Notes under the pieces: model-generated
What the model saw: the letters and a program-made list of their open reading frames with translations, nothing else
What the model was told of the DNA's origin: nothing
Database searches by the model: none
From: Oligoflexia bacterium
GTDB lineage: Bacteria; Bdellovibrionota; Bdellovibrionia; JABDDW01
Assembly (NCBI GenBank): GCA_043732305.1
Contig: JAYTHU010000051.1
Span: 1 to 39,253 of the forward strand
Length of the DNA stretch: 39,253 nt
Reading direction: 5' to 3'
Translations under genes and position numbers: made by a program
Shown here: piece by piece, positions 7,245-16,519 of the stretch
Position numbering within the stretch: position 1 is the first letter of the stretch
Layout: each line of letters begins with the position of its first letter

Positions 7245-7763
7245 TTAGAAAATCACGCCGACAACTAGGTTATCAACGTTAGGATAGGCCCCAATGTTGG
7301 TGGTAGCTTGGGTGAGGGTGGTGTTGTGTCGATAGAGTATTTCAATAGCAGCTTCTTTATTTCGATAAAGATCTATACCGATTCCGACACCTAACATGGG
7401 ACTAGCATCCGTGTAGCGGTTATTTCCACCGTAACCTACGTCAATTCGCAAAAATGGTGAAGTCTCAGCTCCGCGATCACCTTGAAACACTTTAATTGCT
7501 GCACCAAATTCAGTGATCAAAGTACTTCCAGCGCTGGACGTGTTTATAGCTGCATCGTAAAAATATTGAAGATTTACTCTTTCTGTCATTCCTAATTCAT
7601 AACCAAGCATCAAATCAAATTTTGTGCCGCCAGTTCCGATAAGGTCACTTGAAAAGGCTGGGCCTACGCCAGCATACCAATGTTTCTCTTTTTTCATGTC
7701 ATCGGCTTTTGCAAAACCGGCGAAGGAAATAAAGATTAACAAAACTAATACTAATCGGGTCAT
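7245..7763 (-). CDS. Small outer-membrane beta-barrel protein
   Basis: Signal peptide (AKA cleavage), amphipathic beta strands, C-terminal Phe (VVGVIF); AAGGAG RBS. Confidence 0.75.
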   Translation of the reverse strand: MTRLVLVLLIFISFAGFAKADDMKKEKHWYAGVGPAFSSDLIGTGGTKFDLMLGYELGMTERVNLQYFYDAAINTSSAGSTLITEFGAAIKVFQGDRGAETSPFLRIDVGYGGNNRYTDASPMLGVGIGIDLYRNKEAAIEILYRHNTTLTQATTNIGAYPNVDNLVVGVIF

Positions 7764-7965
7764 GATGTTGTCTCCTTGGTGAATATTAGCTTTTGCTAAT
7801 TGTGTCTTTTTTTATTTTCATCTAATTCAAATTAAAACACAAGGTTGAGAAACAAGACCGGTCTTAAGTCTTGAATTTTTTTTTCTTCTTGTAGACAAGG
7901 GTAAAAGCCCGCAGATTAAAGTCATGCCCTGTTAACGTATGTTAAACATCTAAGGAGATTCTAAA

Positions 7966-8565
7966 ATGAAAAAATCTAGCTTTCTAAGCGCGGCCGGCGT
8001 TGTCTTAATGAGTGCCGTCGTCGCTTGTTCAACTGCAAAAAAAAGTGACACTGGTGAAGTTGCCAAAGTTCCTGAGTCTAACTTGACCGCAACCAATGTC
8101 TATGATGCCGGGACTTTTAATGAAAAAGAGGATGTCTCTAATCTAAATCTCCGAGGCGGAAAATTTTTTGATTCACTACCCACTGAAAAATTCTATTCTA
8201 TCGATAGAGAGAAGATCGCACCAGTTGGAAAACTTTTTTATGTCGTTACAGACGAAGAGACCGCTCGCTGTATTCCGGCGAAATACACTGTTCTAGACAA
8301 TAAAAAAAGATTGGTTGTTTATTCTAAAACAACTGTGCCAAACACGTATTGCATCTATCAGAAAATCCTCTCGAATGAGCCTGCAGGCTTTATTGTGCTC
8401 ATGAAAGATGGCGGAATGTGTCGCCCAGCTATGATCACTTCCAAAGTTGATATGCAGAAAAAAACAGTTTCTAGCATCGAAGTTTTCAATAAAATTATTT
8501 CTATGAAATATTGTTTCGAAGATACCACTCCATTCGGAGTTAACGGTTCAAGTAAAAAGCATTGA
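7966..8565 (+). CDS. Hypothetical lipoprotein with two Cys-containing repeats
   Basis: VVAC lipobox; TAAGGAG RBS; duplicated C-x-PA...D-x-x-K-K/R-x-V...YC unit. Confidence 0.75.
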   Translation: MKKSSFLSAAGVVLMSAVVACSTAKKSDTGEVAKVPESNLTATNVYDAGTFNEKEDVSNLNLRGGKFFDSLPTEKFYSIDREKIAPVGKLFYVVTDEETARCIPAKYTVLDNKKRLVVYSKTTVPNTYCIYQKILSNEPAGFIVLMKDGGMCRPAMITSKVDMQKKTVSSIEVFNKIISMKYCFEDTTPFGVNGSSKKH

Positions 8566-9453
8566 TCAGTTGAAGCTGCGGCAGGCGGGCAAAGTTTGTA
8601 TAGCCCAAAGCCGCAGTTTTTTTGAGTTTGTCGACACTGTCACTTTCATTTCTTTCCCCGCCAAAGCTTCCGTCGCAGAAACAATCTCATAATTTTTTAG
8701 ATATCTGATAGTCACTAGTGATGATTTTTGATCATTGACGGTGATCTTTAATAATATTTGACTGCTGTCGGAACTCGCGACAACGCTCATTGCGGTTTTA
8801 GTTGTCACTGTTATTACAGATGCCTCCGTAGCGGAACTTTCAATCCAATTGTCTTTTTGAGCCCAAGTAGATCCGATGACTACAGGATCGTGAGCCCATG
8901 CCGATGATTGTTTTTTACCAAGAAAATAGGTCTGTGAATTTGGACAATTGTGGCGATCCACATCTTGAGTGTATTCTTTAACCGGAAGTTTCGAGAAATC
9001 GTTTTCTTTTAAAACTTTCTGCAAAGACTTTTCATAAGCTGCGGGATCAAAATTTCCTGGATCGAAGTTGATTACTTTTCCATCTTTAAGAACAAGAATC
9101 ACCGTGGGGGTGACGTAAGCCCGCCACTGTTTGGAATAGGACCCACCGCTATCTAAAAAAGTTGGAAAGTCGTAGTGGCCGTCTTTAAGAAAAAGATTTA
9201 CGAGGTTATCGGAAAATGGAAACGCATTTTCTGGTCTGACGATTGCCAAAAAGTTTACGCCGAAGGACCTATATTTTTTTTGCAGGTTCTTCCAGACATC
9301 GAGCACTTTAATATATTGGCTATCGAGTGGAGAGCCAAAAGCCACCGCATACACGGTGGCTGAGGTCATTGGTTTTTCATTGAGCCAGGGTCCATCCGGC
9401 CAAGCAGCAAAGGCCCCTTGCGCAATGAATAAAAGCTTAAAGAGAAATACCAT
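8566..9453 (-). CDS. Secreted thioredoxin-fold (TlpA/DipZ-like) protein lacking CxxC
   Basis: Signal peptide; WLN..P, LQKKY...GVNFLAI, FPTFLD, W.AYVTPTVILV.KDGKV follow the redoxin pattern, but no CxxC is present. Confidence 0.6.
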   Translation of the reverse strand: MVFLFKLLFIAQGAFAAWPDGPWLNEKPMTSATVYAVAFGSPLDSQYIKVLDVWKNLQKKYRSFGVNFLAIVRPENAFPFSDNLVNLFLKDGHYDFPTFLDSGGSYSKQWRAYVTPTVILVLKDGKVINFDPGNFDPAAYEKSLQKVLKENDFSKLPVKEYTQDVDRHNCPNSQTYFLGKKQSSAWAHDPVVIGSTWAQKDNWIESSATEASVITVTTKTAMSVVASSDSSQILLKITVNDQKSSLVTIRYLKNYEIVSATEALAGKEMKVTVSTNSKKLRLWAIQTLPACRSFN

Positions 9454-9788
9454 TACGCTTTTGGAGCCGCATCCGCTGGAGCTGCGACTTTTTTGCCGGC
9501 AACAGCAGTCATAGCCGCAATTTTTTCGATCAAAGACTTTCGAGTGATTCTTTTTGAGATCACACGGAGTACTTTTTTGCTTTTATCGACAGCAATCAGA
9601 GGAAGAACCGATTTTTTGATGAAAGCGTTATCTTGAGATCGCAAAGCGTTCTTAGCAGCTTGGGCTCTGACTTTCGCGTTTGTACTTTTGAGACCTTCAG
9701 TTAGCTTGGAGGACATGTCTCCCTTAGCAACCATGGATTTTCGGAATGTTGATAATGCGGTTTTTTTCGCGACTTTTTCTTCGGCCAT
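9453..9788 (-). CDS. Small Lys/Ala-rich protein with a HEAT-like repeat
   Basis: AGGAG RBS supports the ATG at 9788; GLKSTNAKVRAQAAKNAL resembles a HEAT repeat; translationally coupled to the downstream gene. Confidence 0.65.
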   Translation of the reverse strand: MAEEKVAKKTALSTFRKSMVAKGDMSSKLTEGLKSTNAKVRAQAAKNALRSQDNAFIKKSVLPLIAVDKSKKVLRVISKRITRKSLIEKIAAMTAVAGKKVAAPADAAPKA

Positions 9789-9889
9789 ATATACTCCTGA
9801 CATTTTGCGTTAAATTGAGAACTTGACAAGTTCTATGTATATCTGGAATGTCTATCCCAAACCAACTATTTTTTTCATAAGGAGAAAAA

Positions 9890-10084
9890 ATGAAAAAACT
9901 CGCAATCGTATTGTCTTTGATGATGTTCACATCTGTTGTTTTCGCTGAAGAAATGGCTGCTCCTGCTGCTGATGCTTCCAAGACCGAAAAAACCGAAAAA
10001 ACCGAAGTCACCAAAAAAGTGACAATGAAAAAAGCTAAGAAAATGAAGAAGCCTGCTGCTGAAGCGGCTCCTGAAGCTAAATAA
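9890..10084 (+). CDS. Small secreted low-complexity Lys/Ala/Glu-rich protein
   Basis: TAAGGAG RBS, signal peptide ending VFA, KTEKTEKTE repeat, downstream terminator. Confidence 0.8.
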   Translation: MKKLAIVLSLMMFTSVVFAEEMAAPAADASKTEKTEKTEVTKKVTMKKAKKMKKPAAEAAPEAK

Positions 10085-10112
10085 TTTTTTCTTAGAAATA
10101 AGAATCGATTTG

Positions 10113-10151
10113 AAAACTCTGTTTGACCTTTGGGTTAGACAGAGTTTTTTT
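10113..10151. terminator. Bidirectional intrinsic terminator
   Basis: AAAACTCTGTTTGACC-TTTG-GGTTAGACAGAGTTTTTTT between convergent genes. Confidence 0.8.
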
Positions 10152-10830
10152 ATTTTATATAGACAACTGCAATCCCAAACGGTGAGTTTTCGTTTTCTTG
10201 AATGGCCACCTTCACTAAAGAATCTACGACATGATCACCAAAGTTTTTCATTCCAAAAAATGAATTGGGAAGTGTCGTTCCCGTGTAGAGAACAATCTGA
10301 TCACCATGCTTAACACTGATGTTCTGCACTTGTGCTTCCACATGTTTGTCTATCCCAAGAAGTTGGTAGGGGAGAGGAGACGCCATAGAAAAATCTACGG
10401 ACAAGTCTCGCGCCGATTGGAGAACCGTCAGAACATTGTTTCTTAGGAGAAGAATATGGGGTTGGCCAATTTGAACCCAGCTCAGTTGATGTTCACTTAA
10501 GCTAAATAATGTTGCTTCACAGCCAGTCGTGTAAGCCGTTTTGTTGAATTGCTGATAAACATTTAAATTTATTTTTGTCAAAAATGTTTTTAATTTTTTT
10601 GCTTCATGACTGAGGTTTTGCCCGTCCGCAAATGGAAGCGTGATCTCCGTTGCTGTTTCGTCGTTCTCAAGATTTGGCTCGTTAAGTGCCGCAGTCAAAG
10701 TGTTGTAGGCTTCATGGCTTCCCCAGGGAACGGCCAGACAGAAAAGTTTTGCATCATCACTTAGCGAATATTCAGCTCTCGGTCTGGCAAAATTTCCGGG
10801 GTAAAAAGTAGAGTCAAAGGTCATGATCAT
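10150..10830 (-). CDS. PP2C/PPM-fold protein with degenerate active site
   Basis: Motif order matches PP2C (LFCLAVPWGSH, GCEATL, WVQIGQPHILLLR, QLLG, GDQIVLYTG, NSPFGIAVV), but the Asp metal ligands are absent. Confidence 0.65.
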   Translation of the reverse strand: MIMTFDSTFYPGNFARPRAEYSLSDDAKLFCLAVPWGSHEAYNTLTAALNEPNLENDETATEITLPFADGQNLSHEAKKLKTFLTKINLNVYQQFNKTAYTTGCEATLFSLSEHQLSWVQIGQPHILLLRNNVLTVLQSARDLSVDFSMASPLPYQLLGIDKHVEAQVQNISVKHGDQIVLYTGTTLPNSFFGMKNFGDHVVDSLVKVAIQENENSPFGIAVVYIK

Positions 10831-12719
10831 TTTTCGTATTTTCCGAGTTTTATGTGTGCTTTTTCGTAGTAGGAATCACTCTTGACGTTTTGATCTAAAA
10901 TAGTACGCCATTTCTTTTTAGCGGATTCAATATTTCCTAAATTCTCTTCGATGACACTTTCCGAATAGATGTTTTTCATGTCGATGCGAAGTTCCGCCGC
11001 GGCTTTAATTTGTAAATCCTTGGCTTCATTGTTGGTGCCGTCAAGTTCTAGAGCGCTGCTCAAAAATTTCAGAGAATTTTTATATTCTTTGTTTTCAAAA
11101 GCTGTTTTGCCTTTTTGCACCATCACTTGACTATCTTGTCTCATTTTTGACCGAGCTACTTTTAGAGCCTCCATTGCTTTTAGCTTTAAACCCGAGTCAT
11201 CAGCGAAATCCATCTTAGCGACACTAGACAAATCACTTACAGCAGCGGGGTAGCGTTTATTATTAAAAAGATCTCTAGCGTGTTCGAGAAGTTTGATCGC
11301 TAACGCTTTCTTCTGTTTATTTTCAACGAGAGCCTGTCTGCGGGTTTCCATATTTTCCATTCGCGAGGAGGCGTCATCGGATAGAAATTTAGCCCGCGCA
11401 TTTTCCGGATCGACTTCGGTGATGCGGCCCACGCATTCACTTATTTGGGACCACTTCTGTGCGTTGTAGAGTACTTCGCAATCAACTAGTAGTGCTTCAA
11501 CCTTTTGTTGAAGTGCTTCTTGATCATGTTTCACGCGGTCCGCTTCATCATGTTGTTTCTTGATTTCAATTGCCTGTTGACTGAGTGCCTCTATATTTTT
11601 AGCATCTTTGAAGTTTGGCGCCATTTTTAAAATTTTTGCGACTTCAATGGCGGCCAGATCATATTGCCCAGAGGTATAAAGATTTAGGCTGAGATTGTAA
11701 GTGTCATCGAGAAATTTTCTTTGATCAGGCGAGAATTTTCCGAGCGGATCATTCGTTTTCAGAGCATCAACGTTTCCGCTTTTTATTGGATCACCATTGT
11801 AAAATACAAGTTTTATGACCAGCAAAACAATCATCGCCGCCGCGAAAGCCATTAGTGTGGGACGGATGTTTTTTTTGTCTGAAGATGCAGCATGATGAGC
11901 CACAACATTGACATTTTCGGATTCGTGTTTATCCAGTTGCCGAAGGGCCGGAACATTGACCATTGTTTCAGCTGGTAAACTTTCAAAGTGAGGATGAATT
12001 TCTTGATAACAGAATATTTCATCGCCAACTTGAATTTTGTCTCCGGATTTAAGAGTTTTCGAAATAATTTTTTCACCATTGACGAGCAAGCCAAATTTGC
12101 TTTCGATATCGGTGATGACATAGGAAGGACCAGATTTGACTAGGGAAAAATGTCTGCGGCTAGCCTTCACATCGTGAAGCATGATTTGACAATCTTCGTC
12201 GCGACCGGCTTCGATCAAACCTACTCCGAGCTGCAATTCTTCAAACGCTTCGCCTTGGCGGTCCACTTTTAGCAAAACATATTTCATCTTTACATCGGAA
12301 ACGTTAGTTTTCGCTCCCCAAGAGCCTGTGGTTTCTCCACCCTTACCAAGCTTAGTTGTGTGATCTGTTGCGTGGCTTCCAGCTAAAACTTCTGTTTTAT
12401 CTCCAACACATGTCTCAGCAGTGAGAGACTTTTCGGTTTCTTGGTAATAAAAATCAAAAACGGCCACCTTGAAAGTTGACCCGTCGGCAAGACTCAATCG
12501 AGCGACAGGGTGACCGCTGGTGTAAAGGTTTCCATACTGTGAAAGCAATTCGCATTCCCAGTGTCCGTAGGCATATTTCAATCGAAGATGACGACGAGAA
12601 ATTTCTGTGTGAGTCAAAATGATCTCGCATTGGCGGGATCTTCCAACCATGTATTCTTTTGAAGGATCGAGTGTTCCCTCAAAAATGATTTCAGAATTTA
12701 ATTTAACAATTAGCTTCAC
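10827..12719 (-). CDS. Membrane protein with two FHA domains, one TM helix and TPR/coiled-coil repeats
   Basis: VGRSRQC...ISRRH and AGRDEDC...ASRRH...VNG FHA motifs; TM LMAFAAAMIVLLVI; TPR-like helices. Confidence 0.88.
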   Translation of the reverse strand: MKLIVKLNSEIIFEGTLDPSKEYMVGRSRQCEIILTHTEISRRHLRLKYAYGHWECELLSQYGNLYTSGHPVARLSLADGSTFKVAVFDFYYQETEKSLTAETCVGDKTEVLAGSHATDHTTKLGKGGETTGSWGAKTNVSDVKMKYVLLKVDRQGEAFEELQLGVGLIEAGRDEDCQIMLHDVKASRRHFSLVKSGPSYVITDIESKFGLLVNGEKIISKTLKSGDKIQVGDEIFCYQEIHPHFESLPAETMVNVPALRQLDKHESENVNVVAHHAASSDKKNIRPTLMAFAAAMIVLLVIKLVFYNGDPIKSGNVDALKTNDPLGKFSPDQRKFLDDTYNLSLNLYTSGQYDLAAIEVAKILKMAPNFKDAKNIEALSQQAIEIKKQHDEADRVKHDQEALQQKVEALLVDCEVLYNAQKWSQISECVGRITEVDPENARAKFLSDDASSRMENMETRRQALVENKQKKALAIKLLEHARDLFNNKRYPAAVSDLSSVAKMDFADDSGLKLKAMEALKVARSKMRQDSQVMVQKGKTAFENKEYKNSLKFLSSALELDGTNNEAKDLQIKAAAELRIDMKNIYSESVIEENLGNIESAKKKWRTILDQNVKSDSYYEKAHIKLGKYEK

Positions 12720-12723
12720 TATC

Positions 12724-13671
12724 TCACCTGTTATTCATCAGAATTAGTTTAATGGCTTCAATTCTTTTTTGAGCCAATTGCACGTTTTTGTTGTTGAGAT
12801 CATTGGTTAGCAAAATCACCGTTCTATATTCGTTAAACGCACTCATGTATCTTTCAGTTTGAAAATCTTTTTCGCCGCGCTCCAATGAGCCCGTTATTTC
12901 TTCGTTGAGCTTCATCTGACTTCGGGACAAATATCGTTTGGCTAGTGGGTGATCAGGATAAAGAGTCAATGCAGTTTGGAAATTTTGAATAGCTCTGGAA
13001 AAGTTTCCTTCTCGAAATTCGCGGAATCCTTGAAGATAAAAAGATTGAGCCTCACCATATTGTTGGGTGTGTTTTCCCTTTTGGTAAATTTCATTCTGCG
13101 TGGTTTCATTTTTCTTATTTAAGTCCTCAATGGTTTCATCCATCGCAGTCTCATCATTCACATTGTAAATTTTCCGTTTAATCGTTTCGTTTTTAAACAA
13201 AAACACAGTAGCCACAACTGCAAAAGCAATGACAAAAATCGGGAGTATTTTTTTATTTGTAGGTTGATTATTATTTAAATTATGTCGCTGATGCCGAGGT
13301 GTTTCACTACTGCTTCTCATTAGCTTTAATGAAGGGGCTTTGTTTAAAACCGGCGCGGGTAATCCAAAAATAATTGTGGATTGCCCAAAAACAATTTTGT
13401 CTCCCGGTATCAATTTCTTTTCTGCCGTTTTCATACCGTTCACGGCAAAATCACCATGTGCACTCGTGTTCACAGCCCAATAATCATCGCCACGCTTTTC
13501 TATTCTGGCATGAGAGCGACTCGCCTTTGCATCTGCAAGGACGATGTCATTCTCGGGTGCACGGCCCAAAGTGATAACTGAACCCAATAGCTTATAGGAA
13601 ATTCCCTTGTCAGGACCCTGAACAATATTGAGGGCGTAATCTGGTTTGCTTTGGAGGGCCGCATTGTTCAA
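12724..13671 (-). CDS. FHA + TM + TPR protein
   Basis: LGRAPENDIVL...ASRSHARI; TM ILPIFVIAFAVVATVFLF; TPR YLQGFREFREGNFSRAIQNFQTALTLYP. Confidence 0.88.
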   Translation of the reverse strand: MNNAALQSKPDYALNIVQGPDKGISYKLLGSVITLGRAPENDIVLADAKASRSHARIEKRGDDYWAVNTSAHGDFAVNGMKTAEKKLIPGDKIVFGQSTIIFGLPAPVLNKAPSLKLMRSSSETPRHQRHNLNNNQPTNKKILPIFVIAFAVVATVFLFKNETIKRKIYNVNDETAMDETIEDLNKKNETTQNEIYQKGKHTQQYGEAQSFYLQGFREFREGNFSRAIQNFQTALTLYPDHPLAKRYLSRSQMKLNEEITGSLERGEKDFQTERYMSAFNEYRTVILLTNDLNNKNVQLAQKRIEAIKLILMNNR

Positions 13672-15254
13672 GCTTCAGCCCCCTTTTTGACTGTCACGAT
13701 GACGTAGTTTACAACTTTACCATCGGTGACTGCTTGAGCATCAAGTTCATATAGAATGCCTGAAATTTCTAGCTGACTTGAAGAAACTTGTTGAGGATTC
13801 GCGCAAGATTTTTGCAGCAGGTCCTCAAGGTTGAGTTGTAACGGCTGATCATTGATGACAGAAAGATTTTGTTCCTGCAAAGTCAATAGTCTCTGGCTAG
13901 TGAGTTCCTCAAACTTGGAATTCACTGAGAGTATTCTTCCTGACGTATCAATGCAAATAGCTGGATCCGTTATAATGCGAGTGAGATTTGCGCCTTCAAG
14001 AGGTCTATCAAATATTGGTTGTTGAGTGTCTGCGGGATTTCCCATCCGCGCGAGAGCACTGTTCACATTATTTACAAAGTGACTGAACGTCTGAAAAATA
14101 TATTTAGTTTCTATCGTGCTGATTTCGCCGCGAAGGGCTCGATCAAGCTGTATGCTTGCATCGCGAATTGGCTCGGTGACGATTTTGTAGATAAATACAA
14201 AGATGAAAAATCCTACCAAGAGAGAAATCATCAACACGCGAGCAAATAGTCCTACGGTGGCGCTCCAGTCGAGAGTGGTCATTTTATAGAGAACGATAGC
14301 ATCCGCCACAACAAGTTGCTGTCCGGTCTCATTCGAGAAAATTCTTACTGGAACACTTGCTCCAATGGTTGTGGATGAGGTTTGCAGAACAAAGGCTTCC
14401 TCATGTTTGCGTGCCTGCGCCACAAATTGTTCACCAGAATAAGACTGCGCTTTGCTAAGTGGAGCAATGATGTGTCCGTCTTCCTTGGCGACTACCATTG
14501 CTTCCTGCACGCCGTCTTCGTTTTCTGCAAAGTCAGTACGAATGCTGCTATCCGCAGATTGAGAGAGTGCTCGTTCTGCAGCGTCGGCTAATTGTCGGGC
14601 AATGGTAAGAGCGCGTCGTTGTGCTTCTTTTTGTATGGAATCTTTCATCATGCCAGACATCGGAACAGTAGATAGGAAAGTCACCACGAATGCGAAAATC
14701 AAAATCATGGCCGCAAGAATATGTTTGGTGTGATAGTTTTCATTTATTTTATAAACCCCAGGCATGACGATATTTTCAAAATAATAAGTGGCAAGCTCAT
14801 TAATGTTTTTCGGCTTGGTCATCACTGAGTTGTTCGGGGATTGTTGCATGTTCATGTGAGGGTCAGATGCTAAAGCATTGTTGCCATTTGCGAATACATT
14901 CACACCATTGTAATTACCATTGTTAAATGTGATTTGGGACATTTGTCCGTGATTAGTCACGACCGGTAAGCTATCCGATTTCAATTCAAGTATGACATCG
15001 TGGAAAGCAATTCGATCGCCGGATTTTAATATTCGGTCTTGAACCTTTACCCCGTTCACGAAAGTTCCGTTGCTTGATTTTAAATCCGTGACCGAGCAAA
15101 TATCGTCTTTGACCAAAATCTGCGCATGCTTTTTACTCACACCGTCCGAAGCGATAGCTACGTCGCAAGTATCGGATCGTCCAACGGTATTGGTACCCTC
15201 ATGAAGTGTATAAACTTTCTTTTCCGCTCCGCGCAGAACTTTAAGTTTCAACAT
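13668..15254 (-). CDS. FHA-domain membrane protein with periplasmic loop, HAMP-like and PAS-like regions
   Basis: VGRSDTC...VSKKHA...DLKSSNGTFVNG canonical FHA; two TM helices; C-terminal DPAICIDTSGRILSVNSKFEEL is PAS-like. ATG 15254 preferred as start. Confidence 0.85.
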   Translation of the reverse strand: MLKLKVLRGAEKKVYTLHEGTNTVGRSDTCDVAIASDGVSKKHAQILVKDDICSVTDLKSSNGTFVNGVKVQDRILKSGDRIAFHDVILELKSDSLPVVTNHGQMSQITFNNGNYNGVNVFANGNNALASDPHMNMQQSPNNSVMTKPKNINELATYYFENIVMPGVYKINENYHTKHILAAMILIFAFVVTFLSTVPMSGMMKDSIQKEAQRRALTIARQLADAAERALSQSADSSIRTDFAENEDGVQEAMVVAKEDGHIIAPLSKAQSYSGEQFVAQARKHEEAFVLQTSSTTIGASVPVRIFSNETGQQLVVADAIVLYKMTTLDWSATVGLFARVLMISLLVGFFIFVFIYKIVTEPIRDASIQLDRALRGEISTIETKYIFQTFSHFVNNVNSALARMGNPADTQQPIFDRPLEGANLTRIITDPAICIDTSGRILSVNSKFEELTSQRLLTLQEQNLSVINDQPLQLNLEDLLQKSCANPQQVSSSQLEISGILYELDAQAVTDGKVVNYVIVTVKKGAEA

Positions 15255-15591
15255 GAATGATGTCCCCAATCTGCGTTCCAGATTGTTCAAGCACGCCAGC
15301 CGGGAGTTCAAGGCAATCGGTATTTCTTAGAAGAGGGGCGAACACAAGTTTCCACGGCACAACATTTTTTTTCAGATATTTCACTTCGCCTTTTTTATCG
15401 ATAAATAATAAATCGATCGCGAATCGCATGAAAAAAGTGTGAATGGAATTTCCACTGCGCTTGATCAGAAGTCCCGATCCCTTATGAAATTCTTTACGCC
15501 CCATCAAGCCAATCATGCGTGAAACCATACTGTTTGCGAATTCGAGATTGTTAACAAGAACACTTTGTCTGGTCATATTTTGAGCGCGCAT
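15241..15591 (-). CDS. DUF192-family protein
   Basis: RMIGLMGR, SIHTFFMRFAIDLLFID and LELPAG motifs; GGAGG RBS before ATG 15591. Confidence 0.88.
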   Translation of the reverse strand: MRAQNMTRQSVLVNNLEFANSMVSRMIGLMGRKEFHKGSGLLIKRSGNSIHTFFMRFAIDLLFIDKKGEVKYLKKNVVPWKLVFAPLLRNTDCLELPAGVLEQSGTQIGDIIHVET

Positions 15592-15592
15592 T

Positions 15593-16504
15593 TTATTGGC
15601 CTCCCATAAATTGAAGGATGACTGGACCAAATACCATGATCAAAACTGCGGGTAGAATAAATAGAATAAGTGGCAGATAAATTTTCTGAGAAGCTTGGGC
15701 GCCGGCTTTTTCTGCGCGAGTGAAACGCTCTTGCCTCATTTGATCTGACTGTTGTCTGAGCACTCCACCGATACTTGCTCCAAGCATGTCTGCCGTGGTC
15801 AGGACCGCAATAAAACTTGAAACTTCACTCATATTCAATCGCCAAGCCATGGCGTTCAGAGATTCCGAACGTGAACTTCCTAATTTCAGATCGCGCAAAA
15901 CCTGAGTGAGTTCTTCGGCCAATGCCCCTTGGGTCATTTTGTCGGTTACCTTTTGAATAGCTCCAATAAAATCACTGCCCGCCTCAATCGACAACGAAAG
16001 AAGGTCAACAACAAATGGAAGATCGACTAAAACTTGCGCGCGACGAGCGTTCCTGTGTCCCTGAACATAGAACCTCGGGAAGAAAAATCCAAGAAATCCA
16101 AAAAGTACAATAACAATTAAGGGATAGCCAAGGGAGAAAAGGATGTTCATGGCGAGCACCAAGCCGGGAAGAAAAATTCCCATAAAAACCTGTAGAGCCA
16201 CATATTCATCTTCATTCATTTCTCGCACTAGCCCTGCTGAACCAAGCTCACGAGTGATACTTTTTTTATGTTCTTCGAATTTGTACTTTGCCAAAAGTGG
16301 AATCACAAGTTTGTGTAGCAGGGGTCTTGTCAAAGTGATGATGGGAGATTTCGATTTGATAGGAAGATCTGAAGATTCCCCCCAAACAAGATTGGAAGTG
16401 ATCTTGTTTGCGAAGAGCGAATCAAAAAACGACCGGCAACTATAGAAGACGCAAAGGCCTCCAGCCAACATTCCTAAAATCAGTAAAATTTGATTCGAGA
16501 TCAT
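15593..16504 (-). CDS. tadC: TadC-like type II secretion system F-family inner-membrane platform protein
   Basis: DLPFVVDLLSLSIEAG, LGASIGGVLRQQSDQMR..RFTRAEKAG..ASQKIYLPLILFILP; GGAG RBS before ATG 16504. Confidence 0.88.
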   Translation of the reverse strand: MISNQILLILGMLAGGLCVFYSCRSFFDSLFANKITSNLVWGESSDLPIKSKSPIITLTRPLLHKLVIPLLAKYKFEEHKKSITRELGSAGLVREMNEDEYVALQVFMGIFLPGLVLAMNILFSLGYPLIVIVLFGFLGFFFPRFYVQGHRNARRAQVLVDLPFVVDLLSLSIEAGSDFIGAIQKVTDKMTQGALAEELTQVLRDLKLGSSRSESLNAMAWRLNMSEVSSFIAVLTTADMLGASIGGVLRQQSDQMRQERFTRAEKAGAQASQKIYLPLILFILPAVLIMVFGPVILQFMGGQ

Positions 16505-16519
16505 GATATGCTCCGCAAA

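Noticed and set aside
9983..10009. 9-nt tandem repeat ACCGAAAAA
   Set aside because: In-frame coding repeat (KTE x3) in a low-complexity protein; not a CRISPR or an obvious phase-variation tract.
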